Shown here piece after piece: positions 38,343 through 47,178 of a stretch of DNA of 64,000 nt. Origin of the DNA: Candidatus Omnitrophota bacterium. GTDB lineage: Bacteria > Omnitrophota > Gorgyraeia > Gygaellales > Profunditerraquicolaceae. Location: assembly GCA_028716965.1 (NCBI GenBank), contig JAQUOV010000005.1, positions 7,009 to 71,008 of the forward strand. Direction: 5' to 3'. The notes under the pieces were generated by a model. The model was given only the letters and a program-made list of their open reading frames with translations, ran no database searches and was not told the origin of the DNA. Position 1 is the stretch's first letter. Each line of letters begins with the position of its first letter. A program made the translations under genes and the position numbers.

Positions 38343-38357
38343 CGCTAACCGCCTTTA

Positions 38358-38717
38358 CTATTTTCCAAAAAACATGCGTAGAGAAATAAAGAATAAAAAT
38401 AAAGCAAATATCTTTCTTAATAATGGTCCCGGCAGGTCCTGCACCAGGTTTGCCCCTATCAGCCCGCCGATGAAAAAGCCCAAACAAATAAAAACAGCTA
38501 TCCCCAATTTTACATTTCCGGACCGGTAATAACGCAGTGCGGCAAGAAGCCCTATAGGAGGAATCATCAATGCAAGCGTCGTACCCTGGGCCTGAAGCTG
38601 GGTAAGGCCGAACATCAAAACCAGCGCCGGGATTAAAATTATTCCTCCACCGATGCCAAGCACCCCGCTTAAAATTCCGGCGGTAAATCCTAAGATAACA
38701 TATAAAACCTGATTCAT
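38358..38717 (-). CDS. TauE/SafE (DUF81) family membrane protein, single 4-TM repeat (half-size)
   Basis: 119 aa. GILSGVLGIGGGIILIPALV motif. Typical family members carry two such repeats. Confidence 0.6.
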   Translation of the reverse strand: MNQVLYVILGFTAGILSGVLGIGGGIILIPALVLMFGLTQLQAQGTTLALMIPPIGLLAALRYYRSGNVKLGIAVFICLGFFIGGLIGANLVQDLPGPLLRKIFALFLFFISLRMFFGK

Positions 38718-38755
38718 AATTACCCCTCCATCCCTTGCTTCCCTGATTTACTTAT

Positions 38756-39115
38756 CTATTTTATGGCGTTATCTAAACTTTGCATAGCGTATTCCGGCTG
38801 CATGATCGGTTTAGAATATGAAGGAATTAAGAAAGTTGCCGTATCATATATACCGGATAAAGCCCTGAAAACAGTTGTGAATATCCCCTCTGCCGTACCT
38901 ATAACAAAACCGAATATTTGGCCTTTTTCATCGGCTACGCTAAGCATGCTAGCTGGTATTTCAACCGGAGAAGTAACAATATTTATCAGCCCTCTTTCCA
39001 ATTTATGTATAGGGGTGCCTTCCCATTGTACATCCTCGTCAAGATCTGCCCTTGAATATACCTCAAAGCTAAACAGGATAACCGCAGCCAAAAACAACAC
39101 AAATATGAGCTTCAT
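38756..39115 (-). CDS. Small secreted protein (resembles exosortase-system-associated TIGR04073-type proteins)
   Basis: Signal peptide. KLERGLINIVTSPVEIP segment recalled from that family. Low certainty. Confidence 0.35.
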   Translation of the reverse strand: MKLIFVLFLAAVILFSFEVYSRADLDEDVQWEGTPIHKLERGLINIVTSPVEIPASMLSVADEKGQIFGFVIGTAEGIFTTVFRALSGIYDTATFLIPSYSKPIMQPEYAMQSLDNAIK

Positions 39116-39145
39116 GCTCCTCCCTTCTTAAACTATCAAAACCGA

Positions 39146-39799
39146 TTACAAAATATTATTTCCGCCTCTTTCTAATTGCTTACTCCAAGCGTCAACAAAA
39201 TTCTTCACTGCCCGGGCAATCGATGCGAAATCTCTTTTAATCAGCCAATCTTTTCTAAAAACGCTGGAGCCAAAAGATACGGCACTGGCGCCGTTGGCAA
39301 AATAATCCTTTAGATTATCTGCGCTAACCCCGCCGCAGGCTAAAAGTTCTATATTATTAAAAGGCCCTTTGAGTTGCCGGAAATACTCCGGGCCGATGAA
39401 CTTTGCCGGAAAAACCTTAACCATAGTAGCTCCTGCCTCATGCGCCTCATATACCTCTTGAGGGGTAAACGCTCCGGGGAATACGGGGATATTATTGCTT
39501 ACGCAATATTTTACGACCTCATTAACCAATACCGGCATAACGATAAAGCTGGCTCCGCTTTGGATGGCTATTTTTAAATCCTGCATCGTAAGTACTGTCC
39601 CTGCCCCCAGCATCAGACGTTGCCCGGAGGCTTTTTTGGCTTTACGGATTAAATCCGCAGCGCCATCGGTATTCATGGTTATCTCTAAGGTCTCCAGGCC
39701 GGCGGAAATTACCGACTCAACCAGCGGCTCAATAATATCAGCTTTTACGCCACGCAGAATACCAAGAATCGGTTTTTTCCTAAAAACCCCTTCATCCAT
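39146..39799 (-). CDS. eda: KDPG / KHG aldolase
   Basis: Eda-family TIM barrel (ILGILRG, GAGTVLT, FPGAFTPQEV, VKVFPA). Confidence 0.8.
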   Translation of the reverse strand: MDEGVFRKKPILGILRGVKADIIEPLVESVISAGLETLEITMNTDGAADLIRKAKKASGQRLMLGAGTVLTMQDLKIAIQSGASFIVMPVLVNEVVKYCVSNNIPVFPGAFTPQEVYEAHEAGATMVKVFPAKFIGPEYFRQLKGPFNNIELLACGGVSADNLKDYFANGASAVSFGSSVFRKDWLIKRDFASIARAVKNFVDAWSKQLERGGNNIL

Positions 39800-39803
39800 C
39801 TGT

Positions 39804-40754
39804 TTATTCTTCTACCTCACTGGTAAAACTCTCATAATACTCGCGGTAATTTTCTTTCTTGTCACTCTCCCGCAAAGCAATCGCTGTGCGCGGATGCTCA
39901 TCAAGGATACCGGTTATCGCATAGGGGATAAAATAACCCCATTCAATTTTTTTCTGCAGGGGAATAAACTCTTTTGAGATAACATCCAGGATCGGGCGGA
40001 TATCATATTTTGGATTCTTCAGGAACCCCAATATCAGTTCCGTAGGACAATTACCTGCTGCCCTGCCCAAGCCAAAAATAGAACCATCCACATAATTAGC
40101 CTCATGGATGATTGCCTCAATAGTATTGCCAAAGGCAAGCTGCTGGTTGTTATGCGCATGCATGCCGATCTCCTTGGTTTTTAGGATACTCCTTGCCTTC
40201 TTAATCAAGAACTCTGCTGTTTCCTGGTATAAAGAACCAAAACTGTCCACGATATATATGATCTGCGCCTTAGACTCTTTTTCCAATTGTTGCAAACACT
40301 CTGTAAGCTCATTATCCAGGGCGCGCGATATCGCCATGATATTTACCGTAGTTTCGTATCCTTTTTCGGCAAAGTGGTTTACCAGGTATATCGCCTTATC
40401 CACATCCTTAACATAAGCAGCAACCCTGATCATATCTACGGGGCTGTCTTTTTTAGGCAAAACGTCTTCTATATCTACCCTATCCACATCGACCATAACC
40501 GAGATCTTCGTCTTGGATTGTATGCCCTCAATCACCCTCCTTATATCCTCATCATCGCAAAACTTCCATTTTCCAAACTCTTTAGTGCTGAAAAGTTTCC
40601 GGGAGTTTTTATAACCGATCTCCATATAATCTACGCCTGCTTCTGAGATCGCCTTATAAACCTCGCGTACAAACCGCAGGTCAAAGTCATGTTTATTCAT
40701 TAACCCGCCGTCCCTGATCGTGCAATCCAAAACCTTAATCTTTTCCCTGAACAT
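39804..40754 (-). CDS. HMGL-like (DRE-TIM metallolyase) aldolase-family protein
   Basis: VLDCTIRDGG N-terminal signature. MHAHNNQQLAFGN / GLGRAAGN metal-binding motifs. Confidence 0.65.
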   Translation of the reverse strand: MFREKIKVLDCTIRDGGLMNKHDFDLRFVREVYKAISEAGVDYMEIGYKNSRKLFSTKEFGKWKFCDDEDIRRVIEGIQSKTKISVMVDVDRVDIEDVLPKKDSPVDMIRVAAYVKDVDKAIYLVNHFAEKGYETTVNIMAISRALDNELTECLQQLEKESKAQIIYIVDSFGSLYQETAEFLIKKARSILKTKEIGMHAHNNQQLAFGNTIEAIIHEANYVDGSIFGLGRAAGNCPTELILGFLKNPKYDIRPILDVISKEFIPLQKKIEWGYFIPYAITGILDEHPRTAIALRESDKKENYREYYESFTSEVEE

Positions 40755-40784
40755 TAACCCTCCCCTTTTAAACGCAAGTATCCC

Positions 40785-41198
40785 CTATTGTTTATTATCA
40801 GCAGGAAGCTTATTGTCCTTTACGAAATTCCTTATCGCTTCCTTGTCTTCTTCTGAAATCTTATCAAAACGTATACCTATTCTCCGGTCTTCGCCCGACA
40901 AAATATGATTGGAAACTACCTCTCCGATAATTTTCATAGACCTATGATGCTGATCGCCCTTTAAATGCATATTTATAAGATCGAACTGAATATAAAGTTG
41001 CGCACCCGATGGAATATCATAGTTTGTCATAATCGCCATGCCCAAATCACTTAAGTTTATCATTACTGTTTCTACGCTGTCAACTAAACCCAGGCTAACA
41101 CTCAAGGTATGAGATTTCTCCAGGTTATAAGTAAGAATAAACGCAGCATCAATGCGCTCGGATTTTCTGCGATTCTGCCCTTCAGGATTATCTTTCAT
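40785..41198 (-). CDS. PilZ-domain protein (c-di-GMP receptor)
   Basis: RRKSERI plus NLSDLGMAI motifs (RxxxR / D-x-S-x-x-G). Confidence 0.7.
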   Translation of the reverse strand: MKDNPEGQNRRKSERIDAAFILTYNLEKSHTLSVSLGLVDSVETVMINLSDLGMAIMTNYDIPSGAQLYIQFDLINMHLKGDQHHRSMKIIGEVVSNHILSGEDRRIGIRFDKISEEDKEAIRNFVKDNKLPADNKQ

Positions 41199-41247
41199 AC
41201 TCTCCCATTTTAAACTTTGTTCTTTTTCTATTATACCACTTAAGCTG

Positions 41248-42315
41248 TTACAATTCTATCAACTCGTAATCAAGACTGCCCAACCCTATCTCCTGGGCAT
41301 ACTTGAGTTGCCTGATCCCGTCTTCTTCGGGATGTACTGCCTTAAAAATGTCCTTGCCACAAGCCTTATTTACCAGGTCAAAGCTCGCTTTATCAATGCT
41401 TACAGGGTCACTAGATGCCAATATCCCGACATCAGGGGCAATACGCGGATTCTCCATGCTCCAGCAATCGCATTCCTTGTTGATCCTAACAGCAAAGTTT
41501 ATAAACCCTGTTTGATTTTTCCTGCCTTTAAGTACGGCCAAAGCATATTCTGCCATCTTATACTGCACTTTTTCCCCGGCATTAAAATCAATAAACATGG
41601 CCATAGTAGGACAAACAGCCAGACAACTGGCGCAACCGATACATTTCAAGGCATCCACCGCCGATTTCTTGTTTTTAAGCACGATCGCGCCTGCCGGACA
41701 AATTGATCCACATGCACCGCAGCCGATACACCTGTCAGAGTGGACCACGGGAGCAACATCGCAATGCTGCGCAAGCTTACCCTCTCTTGTAGCGCAACCC
41801 ATGCCAATATTCTTTAACGCACCTCCAAAGCCGGTCAGGATATGCCCTTTAAAATGGCTTACCACAACCAAAGCCTCCGTATCCACAAAGAGCCGGGCAA
41901 CCTTAGCGTTCTTGATCCACTTCTGGTTAATCTCTACGGCAGTTGTATCATCCTTTTTTGTATCATCAGGGATAATTACATCTACCCCGGTTACTGATTT
42001 TGTAAAACCATGCTCATGGGCCAGTTCCAGGTGGTCCTGGCTGTTCAGGCGTCTTCCGCGATAAAGGGTATTTGCGTCTGATAAGAATGCGCTTGCGCCT
42101 CTCTTGGCAACCAGATCACAGATTACGCGCAGATGTTCGGCCCTTACAAAACCAGTATTTCCTTCTTCCCCAAAATGCACCTTTACCGCTACCTTGCTTT
42201 TCTTGGAGAGAAAATCCAGGACCTTGCTTTTGTCTAACAAAATCCTAAGTTTTTTATTAACGCCATCAAGGTCATTGCAATCATTTACGGAGACAAAATA
42301 TACCTTGCTTTTCAT
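41248..42315 (-). CDS. DUF362-domain protein with C-terminal 2x[4Fe-4S] ferredoxin domain
   Basis: DUF362 N-terminal pattern. CIGCGACGSICP and CIGCASCLAVCP cluster motifs. Confidence 0.75.
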   Translation of the reverse strand: MKSKVYFVSVNDCNDLDGVNKKLRILLDKSKVLDFLSKKSKVAVKVHFGEEGNTGFVRAEHLRVICDLVAKRGASAFLSDANTLYRGRRLNSQDHLELAHEHGFTKSVTGVDVIIPDDTKKDDTTAVEINQKWIKNAKVARLFVDTEALVVVSHFKGHILTGFGGALKNIGMGCATREGKLAQHCDVAPVVHSDRCIGCGACGSICPAGAIVLKNKKSAVDALKCIGCASCLAVCPTMAMFIDFNAGEKVQYKMAEYALAVLKGRKNQTGFINFAVRINKECDCWSMENPRIAPDVGILASSDPVSIDKASFDLVNKACGKDIFKAVHPEEDGIRQLKYAQEIGLGSLDYELIEL

Positions 42316-42378
42316 CTATGCTCCTTGCCCACAAAGACAGATCAGCCGATCATTTAGCCCGAACGTTACTTGCAAATA

Positions 42379-42406
42379 CGGGGCTGGATAGTTTAATCCA
42401 GCCCCG
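42379..42406. terminator. 11-bp perfect hairpin downstream of micropeptide ORF (putative terminator for minus-strand transcript)
   Basis: CGGGGCTGGAT-AGTTTA-ATCCAGCCCCG. Confidence 0.4.
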
Positions 42407-42426
42407 TAAATTTTACCACATGAAAC

Positions 42427-42486
42427 CTACTTCTTTTTCTTTTTAGCCTTTTTCTTCGGTTTCTTGCATCCGCATCCACAAGACAT
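42427..42486 (-). CDS. Candidate 19-aa micropeptide MSCGCGCKKPKKKAKKKKK
   Basis: Not in ORF track (too short). ATG with GGAGG RBS 7 nt upstream. Lies 15 nt after the EF-hand gene stop on the same strand. TAG stop followed by a hairpin. Confidence 0.3.
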   Translation of the reverse strand: MSCGCGCKKPKKKAKKKKK

Positions 42487-42501
42487 ATTTACCTCCTTCT
42501 T

Positions 42502-42906
42502 TTAAAACCTGTGTATCAACTTCCAGTAATCCGTATATTCGGCTTCGGAAATCTGCCCGTTATTATCTTTATCTATCTGCTGAAAATATTCCTTAAACTG
42601 CGAATCGGATTCCTGCATAGTAACCTTATTGTCCATGTCTTTATCGGCAGGTTGATACATCTTGGTTTTATCAGCTGTTAACTCCTCGCTGTCAAGGTAC
42701 CCGTTTTTATCTTGGTCCAGCTCGATAAATTTCTGTTCCTGGTATCTCTGCATCTCTTCAGGGGTAACTAAGCCATTTAAATCTTTATCCATCTTTTGAA
42801 ACTCTATTCCGGCTTCCTGCGTTTGATCCTGCTGGGCAAAACCATTGATACCTGCAAAGAAAACAATACAAGAAATTATTATACAAACTTTAATGAAATT
42901 TACCAT
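42502..42906 (-). CDS. Secreted EF-hand calcium-binding protein (4 EF-hand loops)
   Basis: Signal peptide. Four Dx[DN]x[DN]G loops (DKDLNGLVTPEE, DQDKNGYLDSEE, DKDMDNKVTMQE, DKDNNGQISEAE). Confidence 0.7.
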   Translation of the reverse strand: MVNFIKVCIIISCIVFFAGINGFAQQDQTQEAGIEFQKMDKDLNGLVTPEEMQRYQEQKFIELDQDKNGYLDSEELTADKTKMYQPADKDMDNKVTMQESDSQFKEYFQQIDKDNNGQISEAEYTDYWKLIHRF

Positions 42907-42972
42907 TCTACCTTCCTTTCGGTTTGCTGATTATTATAACACAACTGATTCAATATAAAATATAAATCTGGT

Positions 42973-43467
42973 TTACCTGTAGTTGCAAAAACTCAAAGGC
43001 AGCGAAAAATCTAAACCCCTTAAGTGCGCAATAACCGCCTGCAGATCATCCTTCTTGGCTGAACTAACTTTAATCTTTTCCCCTTCTATCTGGACCTGTA
43101 CTTTTAAACCCAATCCCTTTACAATAGCAGCAAGCTCTTTGCCCCTTTCTTTATCAATACCCATACAAATATCCACTATCTGACGCAAATAGCCTTCAAA
43201 TGCTTTCTCCGGCTCCTTAAATTTAAATGCCTTAATGGAAACTCCTCTTTTTGCTAAGCGCGTTGCCAGAATATCCGTTAGCGCGCGCAATTTAAACTCA
43301 TCATCCGCAATCAAAGTAACTTTCTTCTCTTTACGGTCAAAAGCAACGGATGACTTGCTGTTTTTAAAATCATAACGCTGGCTCAATTCTTTAGCCGCCT
43401 GATTTACCGCGTTATCCACTTCTTGTAAATCCACCTCTGAAACAACATCAAAAGAAAAATTTGCCAT
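42973..43467 (-). CDS. yajQ: YajQ-family nucleotide (c-di-GMP)-binding protein
   Basis: UPF0234 pattern from MANFSFDVVSEVDLQEV. ATG at 43467 with GGAGA RBS. Confidence 0.8.
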   Translation of the reverse strand: MANFSFDVVSEVDLQEVDNAVNQAAKELSQRYDFKNSKSSVAFDRKEKKVTLIADDEFKLRALTDILATRLAKRGVSIKAFKFKEPEKAFEGYLRQIVDICMGIDKERGKELAAIVKGLGLKVQVQIEGEKIKVSSAKKDDLQAVIAHLRGLDFSLPLSFCNYR

Positions 43468-43469
43468 AT

Positions 43470-43715
43470 TCAATCTCCATTAAACAACTTCAGTTTCTTC
43501 GCACGCGGGAAACGTTTAATCTCCGCCTCTCTTATTAATGCCTGTGGCCTGCTTTCTACCTCTTCGCTATGTACCAGTTTAACCGGCGCCCTGTACCTGG
43601 TAAACCTGCAGCCATAACCGCTGTTATGCTCTTTGACCCTGCGCTGCAAGTCCTTGGTAACACCGGTATAAAGCAAGGAATCACTGCATTCGATAACATA
43701 AACATACCAGGACAT
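43470..43715 (-). CDS. GIY-YIG nuclease-domain protein (small standalone)
   Basis: WYVYVIECSDSLLYTGVTKDLQRRVKEHN, the GIY-YIG signature. Confidence 0.7.
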   Translation of the reverse strand: MSWYVYVIECSDSLLYTGVTKDLQRRVKEHNSGYGCRFTRYRAPVKLVHSEEVESRPQALIREAEIKRFPRAKKLKLFNGD

Positions 43716-43722
43716 AGGATAT

Positions 43723-44247
43723 TTATCTCTTTTGATACAGACCGACTAATTCCGCTTTGTCCAGTAAATGGGCTGAAATTTCCTCTTCCAGTTCATATTT
43801 ACTCAAACCTTTATCGCGGTCTAGAATTTTATCCAAGGCGTAAATTTTAAAAAAATAACGGTGTGTTCCTGACGGAGGGCAGGGGCTGACATAACCTGAT
43901 TTGCCCAAGGAATTAAGCCCTTCTTTCCCGGGGGAGGTATTTTCATCTATACGGCTGGTAACCGGAATGTCATAAAGGACCCAATGCACAAAATCACCGC
44001 TTGGTGCATCAGGATCATCCATAATCAAAACCAGGCTTTTAGCGTTATCAGGGATGTCTTCAATAACTAACTCTGGATTTATGCCTTTGCCTTGACAAGT
44101 AAATTTCTGCGGGATGAACGCCATGTTTTTAAATTCCGGGCTGGATAACTTCATATTCTTCCCTCCTTCCGCATTAATCCCGGAGAATGATAATACGACA
44201 CCACCCAGGATAATAAAAATACGGGCTCTTTGGAATATCTTATCCAT
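43723..44247 (-). CDS. YbhB/YbcL-family PEBP (Raf-kinase-inhibitor-like) protein
   Basis: Signal peptide. PEBP motifs (DDPDAP, HWVLYDIP, GTHRYFFKIYALD). Confidence 0.8.
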   Translation of the reverse strand: MDKIFQRARIFIILGGVVLSFSGINAEGGKNMKLSSPEFKNMAFIPQKFTCQGKGINPELVIEDIPDNAKSLVLIMDDPDAPSGDFVHWVLYDIPVTSRIDENTSPGKEGLNSLGKSGYVSPCPPSGTHRYFFKIYALDKILDRDKGLSKYELEEEISAHLLDKAELVGLYQKR

Positions 44248-44269
44248 TTCTTTATTATACTGCTATTGC

Positions 44270-44310
44270 CACCGGAAATCTATGCAACTAAAAGACCTCC
44301 TGCAATTAAA
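44270..44310 (-). terminator. Rho-independent terminator downstream of repeat-protein gene (minus strand)
   Basis: Minus-strand RNA: CCUUCUGCAG-AGAGUUUAAU-UGCAGGAGG stem followed by UCUUUU. Confidence 0.5.
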
Positions 44311-44344
44311 CTCTCTGCAGAAGGCCTTTTAATATTCAGCCTTT

Positions 44345-45130
44345 TTAACTACCTTTCTTACCTTTAGCGCCTCCTTGAGATTTTCCTGAACCAACGCCTG
44401 GTCCGCCTTTAGGTCCCGGAGGATTAACCATCTTACCCGCAGGGCCTGCGCCTGGTCCGCCTTTAGGTCCCGGAGGATTAACCATCTTACCCGCAGGGCC
44501 TGCGCCTGGTCCGCCTTTAGGTCCCGGAGGATTTTCCCAATTAGTACCTGGCCCGCCCTTTGGCCCGGGGGGATTGTTGTCACGGTCAAATCTTGGCTTT
44601 CCATCAAGACCTGCGCCTGGTCCGCCTTTAGGTCCCGGAGGATTTTCCCAATTAGTACCTGGCCCGCCCTTTGGCCCGGGGGGATTGTTGTCACGGTCTT
44701 TATTAAAAAACAAATCACTGCCCTCTTGTGTTTCTTTAGCCTTATTCCTTAGGTCCTGCTTAGACTCCTGAATATTCTTCATATCCCGCATCTTTTCCTG
44801 CAAATTTTCCTGATGTGTAAGCCTTAATTTCTCTCTAATCTGCTGGGCTGTTTTCATATCTCCTGAATCCAGCGCGGCTTTTATCTGTTGCTTTAATTGC
44901 GCTTCTTCTGCCTTAGCTGCCTGGGCATGTTGCGATATTGCCTGTTTTTGCGCTTGAAGCTGCTGCCCGGCAAGACCCGGATCCTGATCCATCTCATCCT
45001 CTTCAATATTAAAATCGGATTCATCCTCTTGGATTCCAACCCCTCCTTTTTCCTGGGCGGAGACCGTATAAGCCCCCGTTAAAAGAAAACAAAAAACAAT
45101 TGCTATAAACACCAAGAACGTTTTTCTCAT
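44345..45130 (-). CDS. Secreted Pro/Gly-rich repeat protein (NPPGPKGGPG repeats) with Q-rich coiled N-terminal half
   Basis: Signal peptide. 6+ copies of NPPGPKGGPGAG in 19-20-aa repeat units. K/G-rich C-terminus. Confidence 0.5.
   Translation of the reverse strand: MRKTFLVFIAIVFCFLLTGAYTVSAQEKGGVGIQEDESDFNIEEDEMDQDPGLAGQQLQAQKQAISQHAQAAKAEEAQLKQQIKAALDSGDMKTAQQIREKLRLTHQENLQEKMRDMKNIQESKQDLRNKAKETQEGSDLFFNKDRDNNPPGPKGGPGTNWENPPGPKGGPGAGLDGKPRFDRDNNPPGPKGGPGTNWENPPGPKGGPGAGPAGKMVNPPGPKGGPGAGPAGKMVNPPGPKGGPGVGSGKSQGGAKGKKGS
44397..44700. repeat. Intragenic tandem DNA repeats (57-bp unit x2, ~82-bp unit x2)
   Basis: Exact duplication of CCTGGTCCGCCTTTAGGTCCCGGAGGATTAACCATCTTACCCGCAGGGCCTGCG. 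Duplication of CCTGGTCCGCCTTTAGGTCCCGGAGGATTTTCCCAATTAGTACCTGGCCCGCCCTTTGGCCCGGGGGGATTGTTGTCACGGTC. Confidence 0.85.
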
Positions 45131-45172
45131 TTACGCTCCTTCCTTAGTGGTAACTTGTATATATCCATATAA

Positions 45173-45751
45173 TCAATAATTTTCGGCGAGGAGCTCAAAG
45201 TATGCCTGCGGATGCTTGCAGGCAGGGCACTCCTTAGGCGCTTCATTGCCTTCAAAAACATAGCCGCAATTAGCACAATGCCATTTTATGCTTTCCTTCT
45301 TCTTAAATACCTGGCCGTACGCAAGATTATTAATTAATTTGCGGTAACGGGATTCGTGAAATCTCTCAACCTTGGCCACCTGTTCAAATGAACGCGCTAT
45401 CTCCGGGAACCCTTCATCCTGTGCGACCTTGGCAAAATCAGCATAAAGCGTAGTCCACTCCATATTCTCTCCGGAAGCGGCTTCTTCTAAATTAGCCTTC
45501 GTGTCTCTTATTGCCCCGGCAGGATAAGTAGCGGTAATCTCCACATCTCCTCCCTCAAGATGCTTAAAGAATACCTTGGCATGTTCCTTTTCGTTTTCCG
45601 CGGTTTCAAGAAAAATGTTGGATATCTGCACCATCCCTTCTTTTCTGGCAACCGAAGCAAAATACGTATAGCGGTTACGCGCCTGTGACTCTCCGGAAAA
45701 AGCCTTAAGTAAATTTTGTTCTGTTTTTGTGCCTTTAACTGATTTGTTCAT
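45173..45751 (-). CDS. rbr: Rubrerythrin
   Basis: Ferritin-like diiron domain ([25 protein letters not shown]). C-terminal rubredoxin-like CANCG...CPAC. Confidence 0.9.
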   Translation of the reverse strand: MNKSVKGTKTEQNLLKAFSGESQARNRYTYFASVARKEGMVQISNIFLETAENEKEHAKVFFKHLEGGDVEITATYPAGAIRDTKANLEEAASGENMEWTTLYADFAKVAQDEGFPEIARSFEQVAKVERFHESRYRKLINNLAYGQVFKKKESIKWHCANCGYVFEGNEAPKECPACKHPQAYFELLAENY

Positions 45752-45768
45752 TACGCATCTCCTTTTAT

Positions 45769-45894
45769 CTATCCTTCAATCTTTTCCATCGGCTTACCGC
45801 AACAAACTAATTCGCCTCCGCCGACCTTGCTTACTACAACCTCATTGCCGCAAAGATTGCACCTGTATTTCTCACCTGTCTTCCTAACCGGCAT
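45769..45894 (-). CDS. Desulforedoxin-like small Fe(Cys)4 protein (41 aa)
   Basis: Not in ORF track. [41 protein letters not shown], with CxxCG...CCG desulforedoxin motif. GGAGG RBS upstream. Confidence 0.7.
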   Translation of the reverse strand: MPVRKTGEKYRCNLCGNEVVVSKVGGGELVCCGKPMEKIEG

Positions 45895-45925
45895 ACACGC
45901 TCCTTCCGGCTGAATAAAAAACAGC

Positions 45926-46672
45926 CTATTTTGCCTTTCCCTGGTTTGCTACCGCATCCATCGCTTTCTTTACCGCTTCCGGGTCGCCCAGGTAGTAACT
46001 TTCAACCGGCTTCAAATCATCTCCCAGTTCATAGACCAGCGGCATGCCTGTGGGGATATTCAAATTGACTATCTTATCTTCGGAGATATTATCCAGGTAT
46101 TTGACCAAAGCACGCAGAGAATTGCCGTGTGCTGCAATAATCACCCGCTTGCCGCTTTTTACGACGGGGGCAATTGTTTTATGCCAATAAGGCAAGAAAC
46201 GTTCTACCGTATCTTTTAAACATTCCGTAAGAGGAAGTTCTTTAGGGGTTAAGTCCTTGTAACGCCTGTCATTGCCGGGATAGCGCGGGTCATTTTTATC
46301 TAAAGGCATAGGGGGAACATCATAGCTTCTCCTCCATATCAAAACCTGCTCCTCGCCATACTTAGCAGCGGTCTCGGATTTATTTAACCCCTGTAATGCT
46401 CCGTAATGCCTTTCGTTAAGCCGCCAGGAGTTGTAAACGGGTATCCACATTAAATCCAACTCATCAAGCGTAAGCCAAAGTGTGCGGATGGCCCTTTTTA
46501 ACACAGAAGTAAAAGCTATATCAAACACAAAACCTTCTTTCTTGAGCAGTTCACCCGCTTTTTTTGCTTCTTGTATACCCTGGCCGGATAAATCCACATC
46601 AGTCCAGCCGGTAAAACGGTTCTCTCTGTTCCATGTGCTTTCTCCGTGGCGCAGCAAGACTATTTTTTTCAT
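45926..46672 (-). CDS. gpmA: 2,3-bisphosphoglycerate-dependent phosphoglycerate mutase
   Basis: [30 protein letters not shown] motifs. ATG at 46672 with GGAGG RBS. Confidence 0.9.
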   Translation of the reverse strand: MKKIVLLRHGESTWNRENRFTGWTDVDLSGQGIQEAKKAGELLKKEGFVFDIAFTSVLKRAIRTLWLTLDELDLMWIPVYNSWRLNERHYGALQGLNKSETAAKYGEEQVLIWRRSYDVPPMPLDKNDPRYPGNDRRYKDLTPKELPLTECLKDTVERFLPYWHKTIAPVVKSGKRVIIAAHGNSLRALVKYLDNISEDKIVNLNIPTGMPLVYELGDDLKPVESYYLGDPEAVKKAMDAVANQGKAK

Positions 46673-46789
46673 TAGTGCCTCCTTAATCTTAATTTGTTTT
46701 ATTCTAACTCTTAATTTTATTTTTAGCAAGCTTAAAAAATATTGCATTAGATAGGCCTTTTGATACAATACCTGTAGAAAGGAGGCAAT

Positions 46790-47104
46790 ATGAAAAAGAT
46801 CGGTTTCTTGATTTTAGTTCTATTTGTTGCAGTCGCCCTTAACGGTTGCGCTACCCCATACCCAATGGGAATGATCTATACGGAGGTCAAAGCCCCTGTA
46901 GCAGCCGGAGACGGCGGAATGTCTTATAGTAAAACTGGCGTAGCTAAAGCTACGTCGGTATTAGGTTTGGTTGCTACCGGTGATTGCAGTATTAAGGCAG
47001 CTGCGGCAAACGGCAATATCAGGACAATCAAATATGTTGATTACGATGCCAAAAACGTCCTTGGTATTTACGGAGAATACACCACTACTGTTTACGGAGA
47101 TTAA
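46790..47104 (+). CDS. Small lipoprotein (TRL-like pattern)
   Basis: Lipobox ALNGC. Gly/Ala/Val-rich beta pattern [19 protein letters not shown]. Confidence 0.45.
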   Translation: MKKIGFLILVLFVAVALNGCATPYPMGMIYTEVKAPVAAGDGGMSYSKTGVAKATSVLGLVATGDCSIKAAAANGNIRTIKYVDYDAKNVLGIYGEYTTTVYGD

Positions 47105-47132
47105 TACACCCTAAGAAATCTTGCAAAGATTA

Positions 47133-47167
47133 AGGCCGGTATCTCTTGGATACCGGCCTTTTCTTTT
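47133..47167 (+). terminator. Rho-independent terminator
   Basis: AGGCCGGTATC-TCTTG-GATACCGGCCT stem followed by TTTCTTTT. Confidence 0.6.
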
Positions 47168-47178
47168 CGTGCTTATGA

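Noticed and set aside
38763-39131. 122-aa + strand ORF
   Set aside because: Antisense to the secreted-protein gene 38756-39115. The minus-strand frame has a clean signal peptide and RBS.
40108-40646. Two + strand ORFs (102 and 119 aa) inside the HMGL-like aldolase gene
   Set aside because: Antisense to a gene with clear DRE-TIM motifs. No motifs or RBS of their own.
44329-44718. 129-aa minus-strand ORF with internal repeats
   Set aside because: Alternative frame of the tandem DNA repeats within the Pro/Gly-repeat protein gene. The 261-aa frame with signal peptide is the coherent one.
47133-47167. Hairpin as terminator for the minus-strand DUF2062 gene
   Set aside because: The U-tract follows the stem only on the + strand. 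It serves the upstream + strand lipoprotein gene.
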